This document shows, piece by piece, positions 39,947-54,102 of a DNA stretch of 64,000 nt. The translations under genes were made by a program, and so were the position numbers. The DNA is from Squalus acanthias (Eukaryota). The stretch's first letter is position 1; each line of letters starts with the position of its first letter. The notes beneath the pieces were generated by a model. It ran no database searches. It saw nothing but the letters and a program-made list of their open reading frames with translations, and had not been told where the DNA came from. The DNA lies in assembly GCA_030390025.1 (NCBI GenBank), contig CM059431.1:110238001-110302000 (forward strand). Reading direction: 5' to 3'.

Positions 39947-40497
39947 AGTATCAGCTGTGGCTCAGTGGGTAGCACACTCGCCTCTGAGTCAGAAGGTCGT
40001 GGGTTTAAGTCCCGCTCCAGAGACTTGAGTGCAGAAATCTAGGCTGATACTGCTAGGTGCCGTCTTTTGGATAAGCCGTTAAACTGAGGCCCCGTCTGCT
40101 CTCTCAGGTGAACGTAAAATATCCCATGGTGCTATTTCGAAGAAGAGAAGGGGAGTTATCCCCGGTGTCCTGGCCAATATTTATCCCACAATCAACATCA
40201 CCAAAACAGATTATCTGCTCGTTATCACACTTGTGGGAGCTTGCTGTGCTGTGCACAAATTGGCTGCTGCGTTTCCTACGTTACAACAGTGACTACACTT
40301 CAAAAGTACTTCATTGCCTGTGAAGCACTTTGGGATGTCCAGTGGTCGTGAAAGGTGCTATATAAATGCACTAAAAAAAACACACTATGGGAAAAGAGTG
40401 GGGGAGTGGGACTTACTGGATTGCTCTTCGAAAGAGTCGGCGCAGACTCGATGGGCCGAATGGCCTCCTTCTGTGCTGTTATGATTCTATGATTCTA
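39947..40497 (+). mobile_element. DeuSINE followed by a CR1 3' tail
   Basis: SINE to ~40370, then CR1 3' UTR with (ATTCTATG)n. Confidence 0.75.
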
Positions 40498-43431
40498 AGA
40501 TTTAAAACATACTTCTAAAGCTTGAAGAGAACTGCAGCCAAATGTTCTCTTGTGACCCATGAGTTTACAAACCATTAGCACATTCATCATTTTAAATTAT
40601 TCTTTCATTGTTTTTGTTCCTGCAACTGTATCAGCTTAATTAAACATTAACTTTTACATGCAGTAACATTTAAAATGCAGCTCATTGCATTCTTAAGTGT
40701 CTGCACCTGGATAGATAAAGCTTATTCTCCAATCTGAATTGTTTGCAGACTTGACATTAGACCAACTCTGTTCCAGCTATATTTTTGGGGAAAAAGTTAG
40801 AAAGGTGAGTAATTTAAACACGTAATATTTTTAATTTTTTTCTGCCCGTCAATCTTTGGGAAAGTTGACTGTTTCTGGTATATACATACAATCGAGATTA
40901 GAATTATTCTACATGATACTATCCTCTGGTTAGTTTTTATATTAAGACAATGTGAGCATTGTTGAAAAAGTGAGATATGTATTTTAAAAATAGATTGTGT
41001 CTAGGTACAACTATTACCATATTAAGGGTATTTAGAAGTTTTGCTAGGAAATGCTCAGTTTCTAAACAGCTTGCTTTGAAAACCCATCCCACTGTTAATA
41101 TTGGCTGCTTGAGTATGCTTGGATTGTGGTATATGCAATATCTGGCGTATTAAGTTTTGAGGTGTAGTCTTTAGATTTTTTCTGAAGCTGTGATTTAATA
41201 AAATGTTAGTTGCAAATGGTGATGTGGTGCTTTTGTTGAATTCATAATTGTCTTTGAGCCTTCCTTGTATCTGTGCATGAAGTGACTTGCAATTTCTAAT
41301 GTGACGGTAATATCCTTTTACTAATTCTGCAGAACCAACATTTAAGCATCAAGCATCTCTCTTCGGATCAAGCTTGTATAAAATTCTTTAACTTGTTATA
41401 GAAAATAGTGTTATAAAGAGTTAGTGTAAAGATCTGTTTTCCTTAAAGTCTGCTTGTATATTTTGCAAACAACTCGGATTACATTCACTTGAAATCATTC
41501 ACTTAAGGTCTTAATGACCTGAACTGTGAATGTAATCCTTGGGGCTTTAAGATCAGAGTTACCCAATCAGCTTATGTACGGGGCATATTCAACACTATTA
41601 AATTACCGATCGCCGTGCAGCAATTTTTTATAATATACAGGGGGTTTACATCCATAAATATCAGTATTATACTGATGTCAAATTCCTGAAATTCTAAAAT
41701 CCCATAGAGTGAAACCATGATTTTATATTTTTCTCTTCGCTGCTGTGATTCACAAAGAGCAAATTCCCAGTACTAATTTACAAAGGTGGTAGCACAGACA
41801 CTATACAAAATACAAGCTTTATAACAGACCTTCGTATAATGTACTTTCAGATTGAATCTATACTGCATTTCATTCCAGGCATTTTTTTTCTGTTACGATG
41901 CATTTATTGATCAGTAAAACAGGGAATCTAAATCCTACTCTAGACGACCTGGAGATCCGCGCATAAGTATCTGCAACTGGTGTCTAATATAGCTCTATGC
42001 TATGTGAAATCAGCTCAGAATGATGGTTCTATTCTTTCTCTCATGCGGCCTTTACTTGACCTTTTCCCAGGGTGGCTTCGTTGCGATTGGGAACTCGAAC
42101 TCCAGGGATTTACAGGCTATTTCTTTCCACTCTGGGGCAGTGCCTCTATGTCTAGAAATGATGCCGAGCACTGTTGGGTTAGCTTTGTGCTTGTAAAAAG
42201 CAAAAACCGATGTGGAGACCTGTTGTCCACGGTTAATAGATGGTCATTTGTACGCCACCTAAGTTTCAGTCTAGAAGTCTCAAGTTCAAACCGAGTAGAT
42301 TTTCTGGCCTAAGCCCAATAGCACAGGAGCAGAACGTGTGCGGGAGGGCCAAATCTGGCTAAAGCCATGTCTCCCAACGGCACTTTTGTGCTGAACATGA
42401 TTTTCTGGCAGGCATTTCAGACCAGCCTAAATTGGTCCAGCTGAAGATGAGCCAGAGCTTCATTTAACTCTATGAAGCCTGGCGAGATTGTCCATCTGTT
42501 GAGAATGGGATTGAGCTAGATGCTCACTTTGCCCATCTACAATGGACCTAAGGAGCGATAGAGCTCTTCGTGGTCAAGGTTTATTAGACTTTGCGTTTTT
42601 TATGTAGTGCAAGCTTCTGTTCTTTTTTTAAGCGCTGCGAATAATGTTCACCTTGGTTTTATTTTACTTTTCTGTCGTCTTACAGCGTGTTTAATTGGAA
42701 ACTGAACTAGCTGAATGCTGTCTGCTAATTCACTGGCAAACGGATAATAATTGAAAAACACACAGAGCAAAGAGAGATGAAAAAAGGGAAATGGAATAAC
42801 TCGCCATAGAATTTTCACAGGTGCTCAGGGAGATGCGAGTTCAGATCAGTGATGGGGGGTTGGTTTTGAAGTTGCCCTAGTCACAGTATTTCATGGTTGA
42901 GTGGTACGAGATGAAATAAAACAGGCCATCAGGCACCAGTACCATAACTGTATCTTCAGGCCCCGGCTCATTGACCAGACAGTGACTAAGGACAACTACC
43001 TCCACAAGCCTTTGGTCAGTGCAAAGCTCATTGTAGATCAGTACCATTTGATGGAAGGAAACTTCCATCACCATCAACAACTTGCATTTATATAGCGCCT
43101 TTAACGTAGTAAAACGTCCCATGGCACTTCACAGGAGCGCTATCAAACATCATTTGACACTGAACCACATAGAGAGACATTAGGACAGGGGCAACACTGC
43201 GCTGACGGTGAAGATCACTTCCTCCCACAACTTTTCCACCACCACATCCCGCTGTCCTGTCGGGAGGGAATCTTGAAGTTTCAGGCAAAACAGTCCTCCT
43301 CGCACACATCTCATGCACAGCAACTCTGCTTTGCCAGCCATCAAACTGGGGACTTTGGGCGCTGCATCCCTTCCATCAGTTGATAGATTCCATTTCCTGC
43401 CTCTGCATTTATTTTGCCAACCATATTGTGC

Positions 43432-43815
43432 CATATAAAATTCTGACAGGTCTGGACAAACTAGATGCGGGAAGAATGTTCCCGATAGTCGGAGAGTCCA
43501 GAACCAGGGGTCATAATCTAAGGATAAGGGGTAAGCCATTTAGGACAGAAATGAGGAAGAATTTCTTCACCCAGAGAGTGGTGAACCTGTGGAATTCTCT
43601 ACCACAGAAGGTAGTTGAGGCCAAGTCATTAAATATATTCAAGAATGAGTTAGATATATTTCTTAAAGCTAAAGGTATCAAGGGATATGGGGAGAAGGCA
43701 GGTACAGGGTACTGAGTTTGGATGATCAGCCATGATCTCATCGAATAGCGGAGCGGGCTCGAGGGGCCGAATGGCCTACTCCTGCTCCTATCTTCTATGT
43801 TTCTATGTTTCTATG
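43432..43815 (+). mobile_element. CR1 3' end, close relative of the intact element at 58001-62020
   Basis: YKILTGLDKLDAGRMFP...KAKGIKGYGEKAGTGY*, very similar to the ORF2 C-terminus ending at 61926. Confidence 0.9.
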
Positions 43816-44767
43816 TGCCTCATAGAGACTTTGGAGACGCTGAAATATGCAGTGGAAAGCTGTTCACGTTGCCCCCATATGCAGCTACTTACCTTTAGAT
43901 GGTGCATTTTCTTCATTTTCCCAGCGACTGTCTAGCGCTTGTCATTTCTTGTGCCACCTCTTTGGTAAGCTCCCAGAGCCAGGCTCAATATGGGCGGGGA
44001 ACTTGGCATGATTATGTAACTAGAGCCAATCCCGGGAGTTTGTCATGAATATGTAACTAGAAGCAATCCTACAAACTCCTGGGTGCTTAGTCCTGCCGGA
44101 GACCAGCAAGTGCTGCGTTTGGATGTGATTGATTTGCTGGTTTCTCTTGACCCGAGGAAAATCCATCCTAAAGCCTTTCAGCATTCAATATTCAGCGATC
44201 AGAATTTTTTTTTTCAAACTGGTAAAAAGCTTAAACTTCAAGGATGGAAATTAAAAAAAAAAAGCAGTTGTATTTTAAACAAGATTTAGTGGAATGGTGC
44301 AACGGAATCAGTCATCTTGAAACCGAATGATGATTGTTCATTTTCACCTCCCTGAAGTCTTATTAATGTTTAATGTAATTTGACAAATAACCGAAATGTA
44401 TATATTTTGTCACACTACTAAGATTATCTTCCCAAACCTTGCCTCCTCTGTTGCAGTTCTGATTGTCTTTCCAATATTTCAGCAGCGAAGTTGAGAGATG
44501 AAACTGACTGCATCTCAAAACAGTGGCTGCTTCTAGGCTGTAATTTTAAAATATTTGGTCTGGGTTAGCAGATTTTTTTAGTGGGTTTTTAAAATGCCAC
44601 GCCTTGTAAGAAGTGATATTTTTGTGTCTCGGCTGTGCTTGATTTTATATTGGCAATTCTTCAGTGAGGACAATTTGAATGCACTTTGGTCTTGTATATT
44701 TTTTAATTGCGCCCTTTTTGTACTTTTTAATGCTTATTGTGCTCTCTGCCTTTTACTTTTCATACAG

Positions 44768-45635
44768 ACTAGGTGTGAGATGGAGAAGTATCTGTCACCC
44801 CAGCCGCTGCCAATCCCAGAGCTGAAGAAGTACAGAAGAGACAGTGCCTCAGTGGTGGACGAATTTTTCCAGGACGAGAGGACCTCGCCGTACAGCGTCA
44901 ACATCAACGTGATTCTGCCCGATATCACTTACCTGCGAACTGGTCTCTATAAGCCGCAAAGACCACCCATGGCTCAGCCCCATTCAGAACCGGTTACCGT
45001 TTTTACCCAGGAAAACCGAACAATTACGACCCATGCCCTGCCCGAGTTCACCAGCGTGTTCAACACCTCGCAGCCGACCGATGTCAACACCGCGTTTATC
45101 AAGCAGGAGCTGCCCTCACCCGAAATGCATCTGCCTGCTTCCCCGCAACAAGGCCAGCTGTACCAGCTGCTGAGCTCCCCGGACTTGATCAGCATGCCCG
45201 GTAACACTCCTCGTGCACAAGGTAACGCCGCGTGTATGGGCAACCTGGCCAATGCTTCCGCGTCGACAGGAATGACCGGCATGAGCTCGCTCGCCGCGGT
45301 GCGTCCGCAGACGGCGGTGAAACACTTCCACTCCATCTCAGCAGGCACATTTGCGGTGCCGGCGCAGTTCTTCCCGCAGCAGCCGACCTACCTGCCACCC
45401 TCACCGCCAAACTCCGAGCCCGGCAGCCCCGACAGGCAGCCAGAACTGCTGCAAACTATGACGCCGCCTCCATCGTATGCTGCCTCTATTGCCTGCAAGC
45501 TGGGGTCACCCACTGCAACCCATGCCCTCCCCGCAACCTTGCAAGTGACGCAGCAGAACATCACGCCGGCTAAGTTCAACCGCAGAAACAATCCGGAGCT
45601 AGAGAAGAGAAGGATTCATCACTGTGACTTTCCAG
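44768..45635 (+). CDS. KLF5: KLF5 coding exon 2 (transactivation region up to the first Cys of zinc finger 1)
   Basis: Pyrimidine tract and acceptor ...catacAG| at 44767. Encodes TRCEMEKYL, KKYRRDSASVVD, LPDITYLRTGLYK, LPEFTS, FIKQELP, PPSPPNSEPGSPDRQ, TPPPSYAA and NRRNNPELEKRRIHHCDFPG. Phase-1 donor G|GTAGGT at 45635/45636, at the point where vertebrate KLF5 exon 2 ends. Confidence 0.95.
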
Positions 45636-45659
45636 GTAGGTTGTATAATTCTAAAAATA

Positions 45660-45990
45660 ATTACACGGAACGTACAGCGCAGAAACAGGCCAGTCAGCTC
45701 GACTGGTCCGTGCCGTTGTTTATGCTCCACACGAGTCTCCTCCCACCACTCTTCATCTCACCCCATCAGAATGTCCTTCTATTCCTTCCTCCCTCATGTA
45801 CTTATCTAGCTTCCCCTTAAATGCATCTGCGCTATTCGCCTCAACCACTCCCTGTGGTAGCGAGTCCCACATTCTCACCAATCTCTGGGTAAAGAAGTTT
45901 CTCCAGAATTCCCGATTGGATTTATTAGTGACTATCTTATATTTATGGCCCCTCGTTTTGGTCCCCCCCACACAAATGGAAGCACCTTCT
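45660..45990 (-). mobile_element. CR1 3' end just downstream of the KLF5 exon 2 donor
   Basis: TRGHKYKIV...NFFTQRLVRMWDSLP. Confidence 0.8.
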
Positions 45991-48069
45991 CTGAGGAAAT
46001 GGCCAATAGTCTCGGCCTTTATTTAAGAAAGGAGTTTTAAATTAAGTTAAAATGTAATAGTCAAAATGGGAACGATAATTATAATCTGTTTAATGCTCTG
46101 CCAAATAATAATTAAAGTACTGCTGTTTTGGAAGATTGCTAGTTGACAGAGTGATGAATTTCCTTTAACGGTCTAGTTTTTCATCAATAAAATATTATTT
46201 GTAAAGGAGGGTTTCTTGGTAATTAGTGAATGGGAATGGAAATCCTTAGGATTTAGAATGGCATCATCACAGTACAGCTGAATCCTGTTGTAAACAATTT
46301 GTGGGTCAGACATTGTTGCCGAGATGTAGATGTACATATTGACACGATTGCAATTTTCTTGCATTAGAATTACATTCAGTAAACAATCAACAGTGTCTGC
46401 TCAACAACTACAGGCTGATTTCCTGCTCTCTTCAATTCCCTTCAAAACCGCTTTGACTCCCTGCCTCTTTCACTGCCATCACAGGCTTCCCGAAAACCTA
46501 CCTCTTCGACCCTGCCTTTTGTTTTCCTCACTTCCCCTTCTCAAATTTTCCCCGGCTTTTGCTTTGTAAAGCACTCAGCTATTTTATTATGCATATAAGA
46601 AGTGCTTTATAAATGTATGCTCTCATTCTGCATTACTGTTGAAAATGATGCTATATAACAACGCATGGTACTTTGCGAACTACACAGTTCTTGCAGATAT
46701 ATAAGTGAGGGTGTTATGCAGCTATACAGTTTCTCACAGTTTTGAATTGCTTGCTGGTAGGGCTAAGGTCATTCTTTGGTGTGAAGCTCAGATCGTATGG
46801 TGGGAGAGGAGAAAGAGATGGAGGATTTGTTGGGTAGTGAGTGCTGCCTGTGGGAGGTGAGAGAGCAGTAGGGAACTGAAATCTGCCCATTCAGTGGAAG
46901 TCTGAGATCCCTTTGACTGTGGTGGCTTAGGTGGGTATTAAGACAGCAGGAAGGGATTTGATGTTTTCTTGACTCCTAGTGCAGCTTGCAGCACTTGCTC
47001 TGATTGACAAGTGTCTCACAGATATTTTGTCTGAGTGTTTCTTGTAAAGGGATATTGGATTGTGCCAAAGCTCACGGAGGCAGCTCCTTGCTGCTGGAAG
47101 ACATGAGAGTGAATGGGTTTCATTACTCTGCTGTCAGGTAGGCTTGAGCAGGCATGAGAATGTATCTAGGGGTTGGTAAGGCTGGTTATTGCTTGCAGAC
47201 TTTCAAGATCTCTATCCAGAAGGGCTGGAGGAAGGGGTAAGGCCACAAGTTGTGTTGGTGTGTACCCTAAACAGTGACTACACTTCAATTCTTACTATTC
47301 TTTGGGTAAATACATTTCTCCTGAATCGCCCATTGGATTTATTGGTGACTATCTTATCCTTATGGCCCCTAGTTTTGCTCTCTTCCACCCAAGTAGAAAC
47401 ATCTTCTTTACATCTACCCTATCAAACCCATTCAGAATTTTAAAGACCTCTATTAGGTCACCCCTCATCCAAAATGCAAGTCCTTTCCTTTCCTATAGTT
47501 CCTCCAGCATTCATCTGATTGAATTGATTGAAATGTTCAGAGGTTGTGTGGAGTAAGGTATAAGCAGTGAAGAATTTTGAGCTAGTCCTCTTCTCAACCT
47601 GCAACAGGTGGAGGTCATGCCAGTCAGCTTGAGCTCTTGTTCCCAAGATTTAGGGCAGCTTTGTGTGTATAGTGATGACCAAGAACAGAGGTAGGAGATA
47701 CCCGGGGTGGGGGGAAGTTCTTGTTGCAGAAGCCTTGTTCTAACAGGGTTAGTTTGGACTGCATTTTAGGCAGCCGACCTTGGAGGTAGTTTTGGATCTG
47801 GACATATGGGGGTGGGGGCAGAATCCTCTTGGATAATGTGGAACCTGGCAGTGAGCCTCTGCAAGGACAGGCTTCTGATGCTGTTAGTGACATTATTTTT
47901 GCCCTACTAGTTATGTGAGTTCCTTCAGTTTACTTCACTTGTAGTGGACCTGGCTGGTCTGGATAATCAAGTAAAATGGACCAAAGCTATATTTTTTTCA
48001 AGCCAAGTGCATTAGAACTAATACATTTGATTGCTTAAGGTGGACATTTCTTTACTTAAATTGACTGAG

Positions 48070-48521
48070 AGGGTTGTCCTATGAGGAGAGATTGAGTAGA
48101 TTGGAGTTTAGAAGAATGAGAGGTGATCTCATTGAAACATATAAGATTATGAGGGTAATTGACAGGGTAGGTGCTGAGAGGTTGTTTCCCTGGCTGGAGA
48201 GTCTAGAACCAGGGGGTCATAGTCTCACGATAAGGGGTCGGCCATTTAAGACCGAGATGAGGAGGAATTTCTTCACTCAGAGGGTGGTGAATCTTTGGAA
48301 TTCTCTGCCCCTGAGGGCTGTGGATGCTGAGTCGTTGAGTATATTCAAGACAGAGATCGATAGATTTTTGGACTCGGGGGGGGGAATCGAGGGATATGGG
48401 GATCGGGCGGGAAAGTGGAGTTGAGGTCGAAGATCAGCCATGATCTTGTTGAATGGCGGAGCAGGCTCGAAGGGCCGTATATCCTACTCCTGCTCCTAAT
48501 TCTTCTGTTCTTCTGTTCTTA
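48070..48521 (+). mobile_element. CR1 3' end
   Basis: SYEERLSRLEFRRMRGDLIETYK...WNSLP plus tail. Confidence 0.85.
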
Positions 48522-49696
48522 TAAATTAGACATGATTTGACTGTAATCCAAATAATCGGGAATCACGTTGCTCTTTGTGTTGCTAATGAAATTGAGCCCA
48601 TTGCTTCTCCTTGAGCTCCTAATCTGAATGTGCAGCTAGTAATCCGCCCACTCACAGTCTGACTAAATGCTTGACACCAGAAATTATTAAGGTGACAGAT
48701 CAAATAAATCTGATTAACATCGACATGGGTGTGTCTTAAAGGCATTTTTAAAGATTCAGTATAGTCGTCATTATGAAATCCAGGACAGTTCTGGTTACAG
48801 TGGACTTCGGTTTAACCAGACAAATCAGCTCTGATTTATGCGCAGGCTTGCACTATTTCAACAATTAAATATAACATTTCGTTACTGCCATATGTTCTCA
48901 CTTTATAAAGATAAAGGAAATGAGTACCTATGAACTGTCTATAGAAAGGACTGGAAAGATGACTGGTTATGTCTCACTGGTTTTTGAGGATCAGGTGTGT
49001 CTCTTTTAATCCCCTTAAAATGTTTTTGTACTATTTCAGGATTGTGGGCATAACCTAACTGATTTTATTTTTTGTGTGAGTGTAATAATTGATGCAGCAA
49101 AGCATCTAAACATCTAACATGACTAAACTCAGGCTGTAGAATATTTTTGTTTTTTCCAACTTTTTTCTCAGCAATTTTCTCCCCTTCTTATCTCTCCTGA
49201 AGAGTGACTCCTTACTGGGGCTCCATTTGCCCTCTGGCACCTTCCCAGCCAGCCATTGCTCATACGGCCGCCTTTGTTACCTCTAGATTTGACTATTCCA
49301 ACGCACACCTGGCTGATCTCCCACGTTCTACCCTACGTAAACTTGAGGTCATCCAAAACTCGGCTGCCCACGTCATAACTCGCAGCAGTGTCCAGTAGTG
49401 TAATGCTTATGATACTGTGCTGGCAACCCAGGGGTTGTGAGTTCAAAGCCCACCATATCAAGTTGGGGGGGGTGGAATTGAACTCAATTAACCTGGTAAT
49501 TTGTGGGCCAGCGTAGAAAGGTAAAATGACTAACTGGTTCACTAATGGCCTTCCTCCAGGGAATGACATCTTCCACCCCCATCCCATCTCGTTTACTCAT
49601 GGGTGTGAAGTAAACTTTTAAACTTCATTCTTTCAGTAAGCCAGACTGCAAAAGCAGTTAATATATTATGATGAATATAAACCATTTCATCTTTAA

Positions 49697-50198
49697 AACT
49701 CGGCTGCCCGTGTCCTAACTCGCAGCAAGTTCCGTTCACCCATCACCCCTGTGCTCGCTGACCTATATTGGCTCCCGGTTAAGCAACGCCTCGATTTTAA
49801 AACTCTGATCCTTGTTTTCAAATCCCTCCATGGCCTCGCCCCTCCCTATCTCTGTAATCTCCTCCAGCCCCACAACCCCCCCGAGATATCTGCGCTCCGC
49901 TAATTCTGCCCTCTTGATCATCCCTGATTATAATCGCTCAACCATTGGTGGTCGTGCCTTCAGTTGCCTCAGCCCCAAGCTCTGGAATTCCCTGCCTAAA
50001 CCTTTCCGCCTCTCTACCTCTCTTTCCTCCTTTAAGACGCTCCTTAAAACCTACCTCTTTGACCAAGCTTTCGGTCATCTGCCCTAATTTCTCCTTATAT
50101 GGCTCGGTGTCAAATTTTTGTCTTAAATTACTCCTGTGAAGCGCCTTGGGACGTTTTATAACGCTAAAAGCGCTATATAAATACAAGTTGTTGTTGTT
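49697..50198 (+). mobile_element. L2-clade LINE 3' end
   Basis: GGRAFSCLSPKLWNSLP...FKTLLKTYLF plus a (GTT)n tail. Confidence 0.85.
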
Positions 50199-50583
50199 AT
50201 GAGCCTTGGTAAGAGCAGCCAAACTCAATTGTGCCATTCTCTGATGTACCACATCCAGCACTTACAGCGGGGTCACTAGATAACTATCAGTAGCAGGACC
50301 CTGGCTGTCACCACCTTGGTTTCTTAGCCTAGAGCTACTGAGGCCCATTGTACTCCCACCCTGTGAGTTCAGGTTACTCGGCACAGACTAGGAATTATAT
50401 CTGAAAATGGGATGGTTTTTATACGTGACTGGCCAGTCTTGAGCCAGCAGAGAGTTAATTCTTTATTCATCGCAACTCTGAGAGAGAGTGGGGGTGTGAT
50501 GGCCAGACTGATGTCGTGATAGCCTGTCAGCTGGTTCCACTGGGAGATACGCTGACTGCTAAAGTAACCATTGAGGCAAACAC

Positions 50584-50734
50584 GGGGAATTTCTGCTGGA
50601 GGTTCTCCTGCTGCAACGGCCGTGAAACCGCCAGAGAAACGGCGTAACTGGCCACAAACAGCTGTTTACAGTTTCTCCAGAGCTGCCACTGGAGTTGCTG
50701 GTGGAGATGGGAGAAGCCCGTAGAAATTCTCCCC
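50584..50734. mobile_element. Short MITE
   Basis: Ends GGGGAATTTCT and AGAAATTCTCCCC, flanked by CAC and CAT. Confidence 0.5.
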
Positions 50735-50939
50735 CATAATGTTTAAAGCTCTTAACTTGACAGAACATTAGTTCAAAAATGAAAATAAAATCCACATGGA
50801 GCATTTGACGCGAGTCACATAGATTCCTTTAAGGGGAAGCTAGGTAAGTACATGAGGGAGTAAGGAATAGGAGGATATGTTGATTGGGTTAGAGAAAGTA
50901 GGGTTGGAAGAGGCTCATGTGGAACATAAACACCGGCTT

Positions 50940-51226
50940 ACATAGAAACATAGAAACATAGAATCTAGGAGCAGGAGTAGGCCATTCGGCCCGTCGAGCC
51001 TGCTCCACCATTCAATACGATCATGGCTGATCATCCAAATCCAGTACCCTGTCCCTGCTTTAATCCCCACAGTACACATATCCCACCCTACCCCCGTAAC
51101 CCCACGTATTTAATTCCCCCTAACATATCCCATCCTATCCCCATAACCCCACATATTTAATCCCCCCCTAACACTAAGGGTCAATTTATCATAGCCAAAT
51201 CAACCTAACCCGCACATTTTTGGACT
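50940..51226 (-). mobile_element. 5'-truncated HE1-like V-SINE with CR1-type tail, nested in a CR1 3' end
   Basis: The minus strand reads AGTCCAAAAATGTGCGGGTTAGGTTGATTTGGCTATGATAAATTGACCCTTAGTGT (V-domain-like) and ends in a (TTTCTATG)n tail. Confidence 0.6.
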
Positions 51227-51694
51227 TAGACTAGTAGGGCCGAATGGCCTGTTTCTGTGATGTAAACTCTATGCAATTCTATGTAATATGTGTCCTTATT
51301 CTCTTTGTAGATGAAATGACTGTATGCCTTGCTTTTAGCCTCCAGTGGTGGTCTGCAGTCAGCAACTATAGTGGACCTCATGCTAAATATTAGTTGTAGC
51401 TGTCATGAATTTCTTTTTTAAATTGGGCTCCACGGTAGCTTAGAAAACGACACTTCTGGGACGGGAATTTGAGCCTGTCACAGAGCGATATCCTCTGTCT
51501 GCCACTTGAAATGTATTTGGGATAGGCTGAATCCAGTTTGAGGCTACACCCAAACTGGGAGGACTTGATACCGACACTGAGTTTAAAACACACAAATCTG
51601 TTCTAGATCCAAAACCAATGTTCCGGACCTTGACTAGCACAGAAATTCACCGAAATTCTAAAGTAACGTAATGATAAATTGATTACTCATAAAA

Positions 51695-52230
51695 ACATAA
51701 GAAATAAGAGCAGGAGTTGGCCAATTGGCCCCTCGAGCCTGCTCCACCATTCAATAAGATCATGGCTGATCCAATCCTGGCCTCAACACCACTTTCCCAC
51801 TCTCTCCCCATACCCCTTGACTCCCTTGTAGTTCAAATATCTGTCAATCTCCGCCTTGAATATATTCAATGACTCCGCCTCCACAGCTCTCTGGGGTAGA
51901 GAATTCCAAAGATTCACGACCCTCTGAGAGAAGAAATTCCTCCTCATCTCTGTCTTAAATGGGCGACCCCTTATTCTGAAACTATGCCCCCTAGTTCTAG
52001 ATACCCCCACTAGTGGAAACATCCTCTCCGCATCCACCCGGTTAATCCCCCTCAGAATCTTATATGTTTCAATAAGATCACCTCTCATTCTTCTAAACTC
52101 CAATGACTATAGGCCCAACCAGCTCAACCTTTCCTCATACGTCAACCCTTTCATCCCAGGAATCAACCAAGTGAACCTTCTCTGAACTGCCTCCAATGCA
52201 AGTATATCCTTCCTTAAATATGGAGACCCA
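51695..52230 (-). mobile_element. CR1 3' end
   Basis: EFRRMRGDLIETYKIL...WNSLPQRAVEA. Confidence 0.85.
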
Positions 52231-52968
52231 CTACATCATTTATGTTTCAACAGCTTGCTTTTCCTAATTGAGGAGTAAGAACACTGCATTTTCTCAAGAG
52301 ATTATGACCCCCAACTGTACTCTAGCAATACAAATCTAGAGATAGTGAGGGGGTGCAATTGATCTTCAACATGGTGACAGTGAATCGACAGCCCCTTTTA
52401 CAACCCACTTGATTTTCCTTCCCATTGAAGGCAATAGAAAAAAAAATTGGGTTGGGTGGGGTGTAAAAGAAGCTGCCGATTCGCTATTGCCCATTTTGTG
52501 CGACCATCGAGGACCAGCTTCACTCCCTGTGTGTTTATCTTGAATGCTTAAAAGGGGAGATTCCTTCTTTCCTCTTTTACTGCTCCTCTGCCACCACTGT
52601 AGAGCATCCTAATGGGAGGAGGGAACTTTAAAAAAAAAACTATATATATATATATGGGGAAGATGCACATTGAAAATACTTCTGGCCCCTCCAGAATGTG
52701 CACTTTAAGATAATGTAATAGTGTGTGCTAACTGCTTATTTAAAATATTAGCACATGTTTTGAATACTCTTTTAGTATGATTCAACACTGTTGAATTTCA
52801 GTGGTTTATTGAACCCTGCTGTAGTGCTTGCTTTTTTGTGGCAACATCATTGCAGTAGGATTATATTTTTTCTCCACAGCTGTTGCCCTTCCTGCAGAGA
52901 AAACGTAAACTCAATAGCGTACCTGTTTTTTTCTATTCTAGGTAGATTTTTTAGGTTTTTGGTCTCTA

Positions 52969-53811
52969 GGGGGCGATTTTGCCAGCCCTGGGGAGGCGGG
53001 TTTGGAGGCGGGACTGCTTGGAAATTGGCAGAATCTGGGGGCGGGTACCCATCCCGCCCCCAACCCGCCTCCGTGCCATCTTCCCAAGAGGCGGGTAGCC
53101 GACCCGCGCCGGGTCCCGTCTCCTGGAGGCGGGAAGGGGATTACAGCCACTTAACTGCCTGTTAACAGGTAGTTAACGGGCAGTTAAGAGGATTATCCAT
53201 AGTTTTCAACCAGAGGTGCGGGCTTTTCGACGTCGGGAAACTCCGCCAGGGTCACCGAGGTGAGCAGTGGGTCTGCGGGGGTGAGAGGGGTGCAAAGTGC
53301 ACTGTGGAGGTGAGTGATGGGTGTAAGTGTGGAGAGGTGAGTATGTGAGGTGAGTGAAAAGTGTTAGAAAAAGTTTACTTACCTTTGTTTCTTCCTGCAG
53401 GCTTCAACAGTTGAGGAACCGGAGACTCTCGCATCTCACCGGCAGAAGTGACAGATGGCTGCTGCATTCTCCGATGCAACAGCCATCTGATTTCTGCTCA
53501 CAAAATAGGTTTGCTGAGTCTTGAATACAAGAACTCATCAAACAACAGAGAATGTCAGTGTTTGACAGCTTCACTGAGCTGTCAAACGATGACAACTCAT
53601 CTGTCAAAAATTTTTGACAGATGAAACGTCATCGCTGACGTTCTCTGTAACCGGCTTCCCCTTAATTGGCCTGCTAAGCCCACTGGGCGGGCTTAACAAG
53701 GTCAATCAAGGGAAAATAGCGTGGGTTGGCCACATGTCGATGGAGGCGGGACTAAAACCCGACAAGCAGCAGTCCCGCCTCCAACGCGCCCCCATTGGCA
53801 AAATCACCCCC
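52969..53811 (-). mobile_element. Harbinger-type MITE, family A copy 2
   Basis: TIRs GGGGGCGATTTTGCCA and TGGCAAAATCACCCCC. Reverse-complement homologue of 54781-55604. Confidence 0.8.
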
Positions 53812-54102
53812 AAAGGGAAACAAGGGATATGGATGTCGGGCAGGAAAGTGGAGTTGAGGCCGAAGATCAGCCATGATCTTATTGAATGGCAGAGCAGGCT
53901 TGAGGGGCTACTCCTGCTGCTATTTCTTATGTTTTTAGTTGATTATAGATTATTGTGTTTTTTGTGCCAGTTTTCTCCTCTCCTTTCCTCTCTGGAAGGC
54001 ATTTGTCCCTGGCTCAGTTACGGTTCCACAGTTTGTGGCCACCCTCTGTTTGCCATTATTAATGGTATGTGTCAACAAGCTATTTTATTATGGCGGTGGG
54101 GC

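Noticed and set aside
44594..45820. 408-aa ORF as a single-exon gene
   Set aside because: KLF5 similarity is confined to 44768-45635 between canonical splice sites. The N-terminal extension is the T-rich acceptor region and the C-terminal extension runs into an antisense CR1 fragment.
51074..51172. ~50-bp tandem duplication resembling a repeat array
   Set aside because: Only two units with no spacers, internal to an HE1-like SINE; not CRISPR-like.
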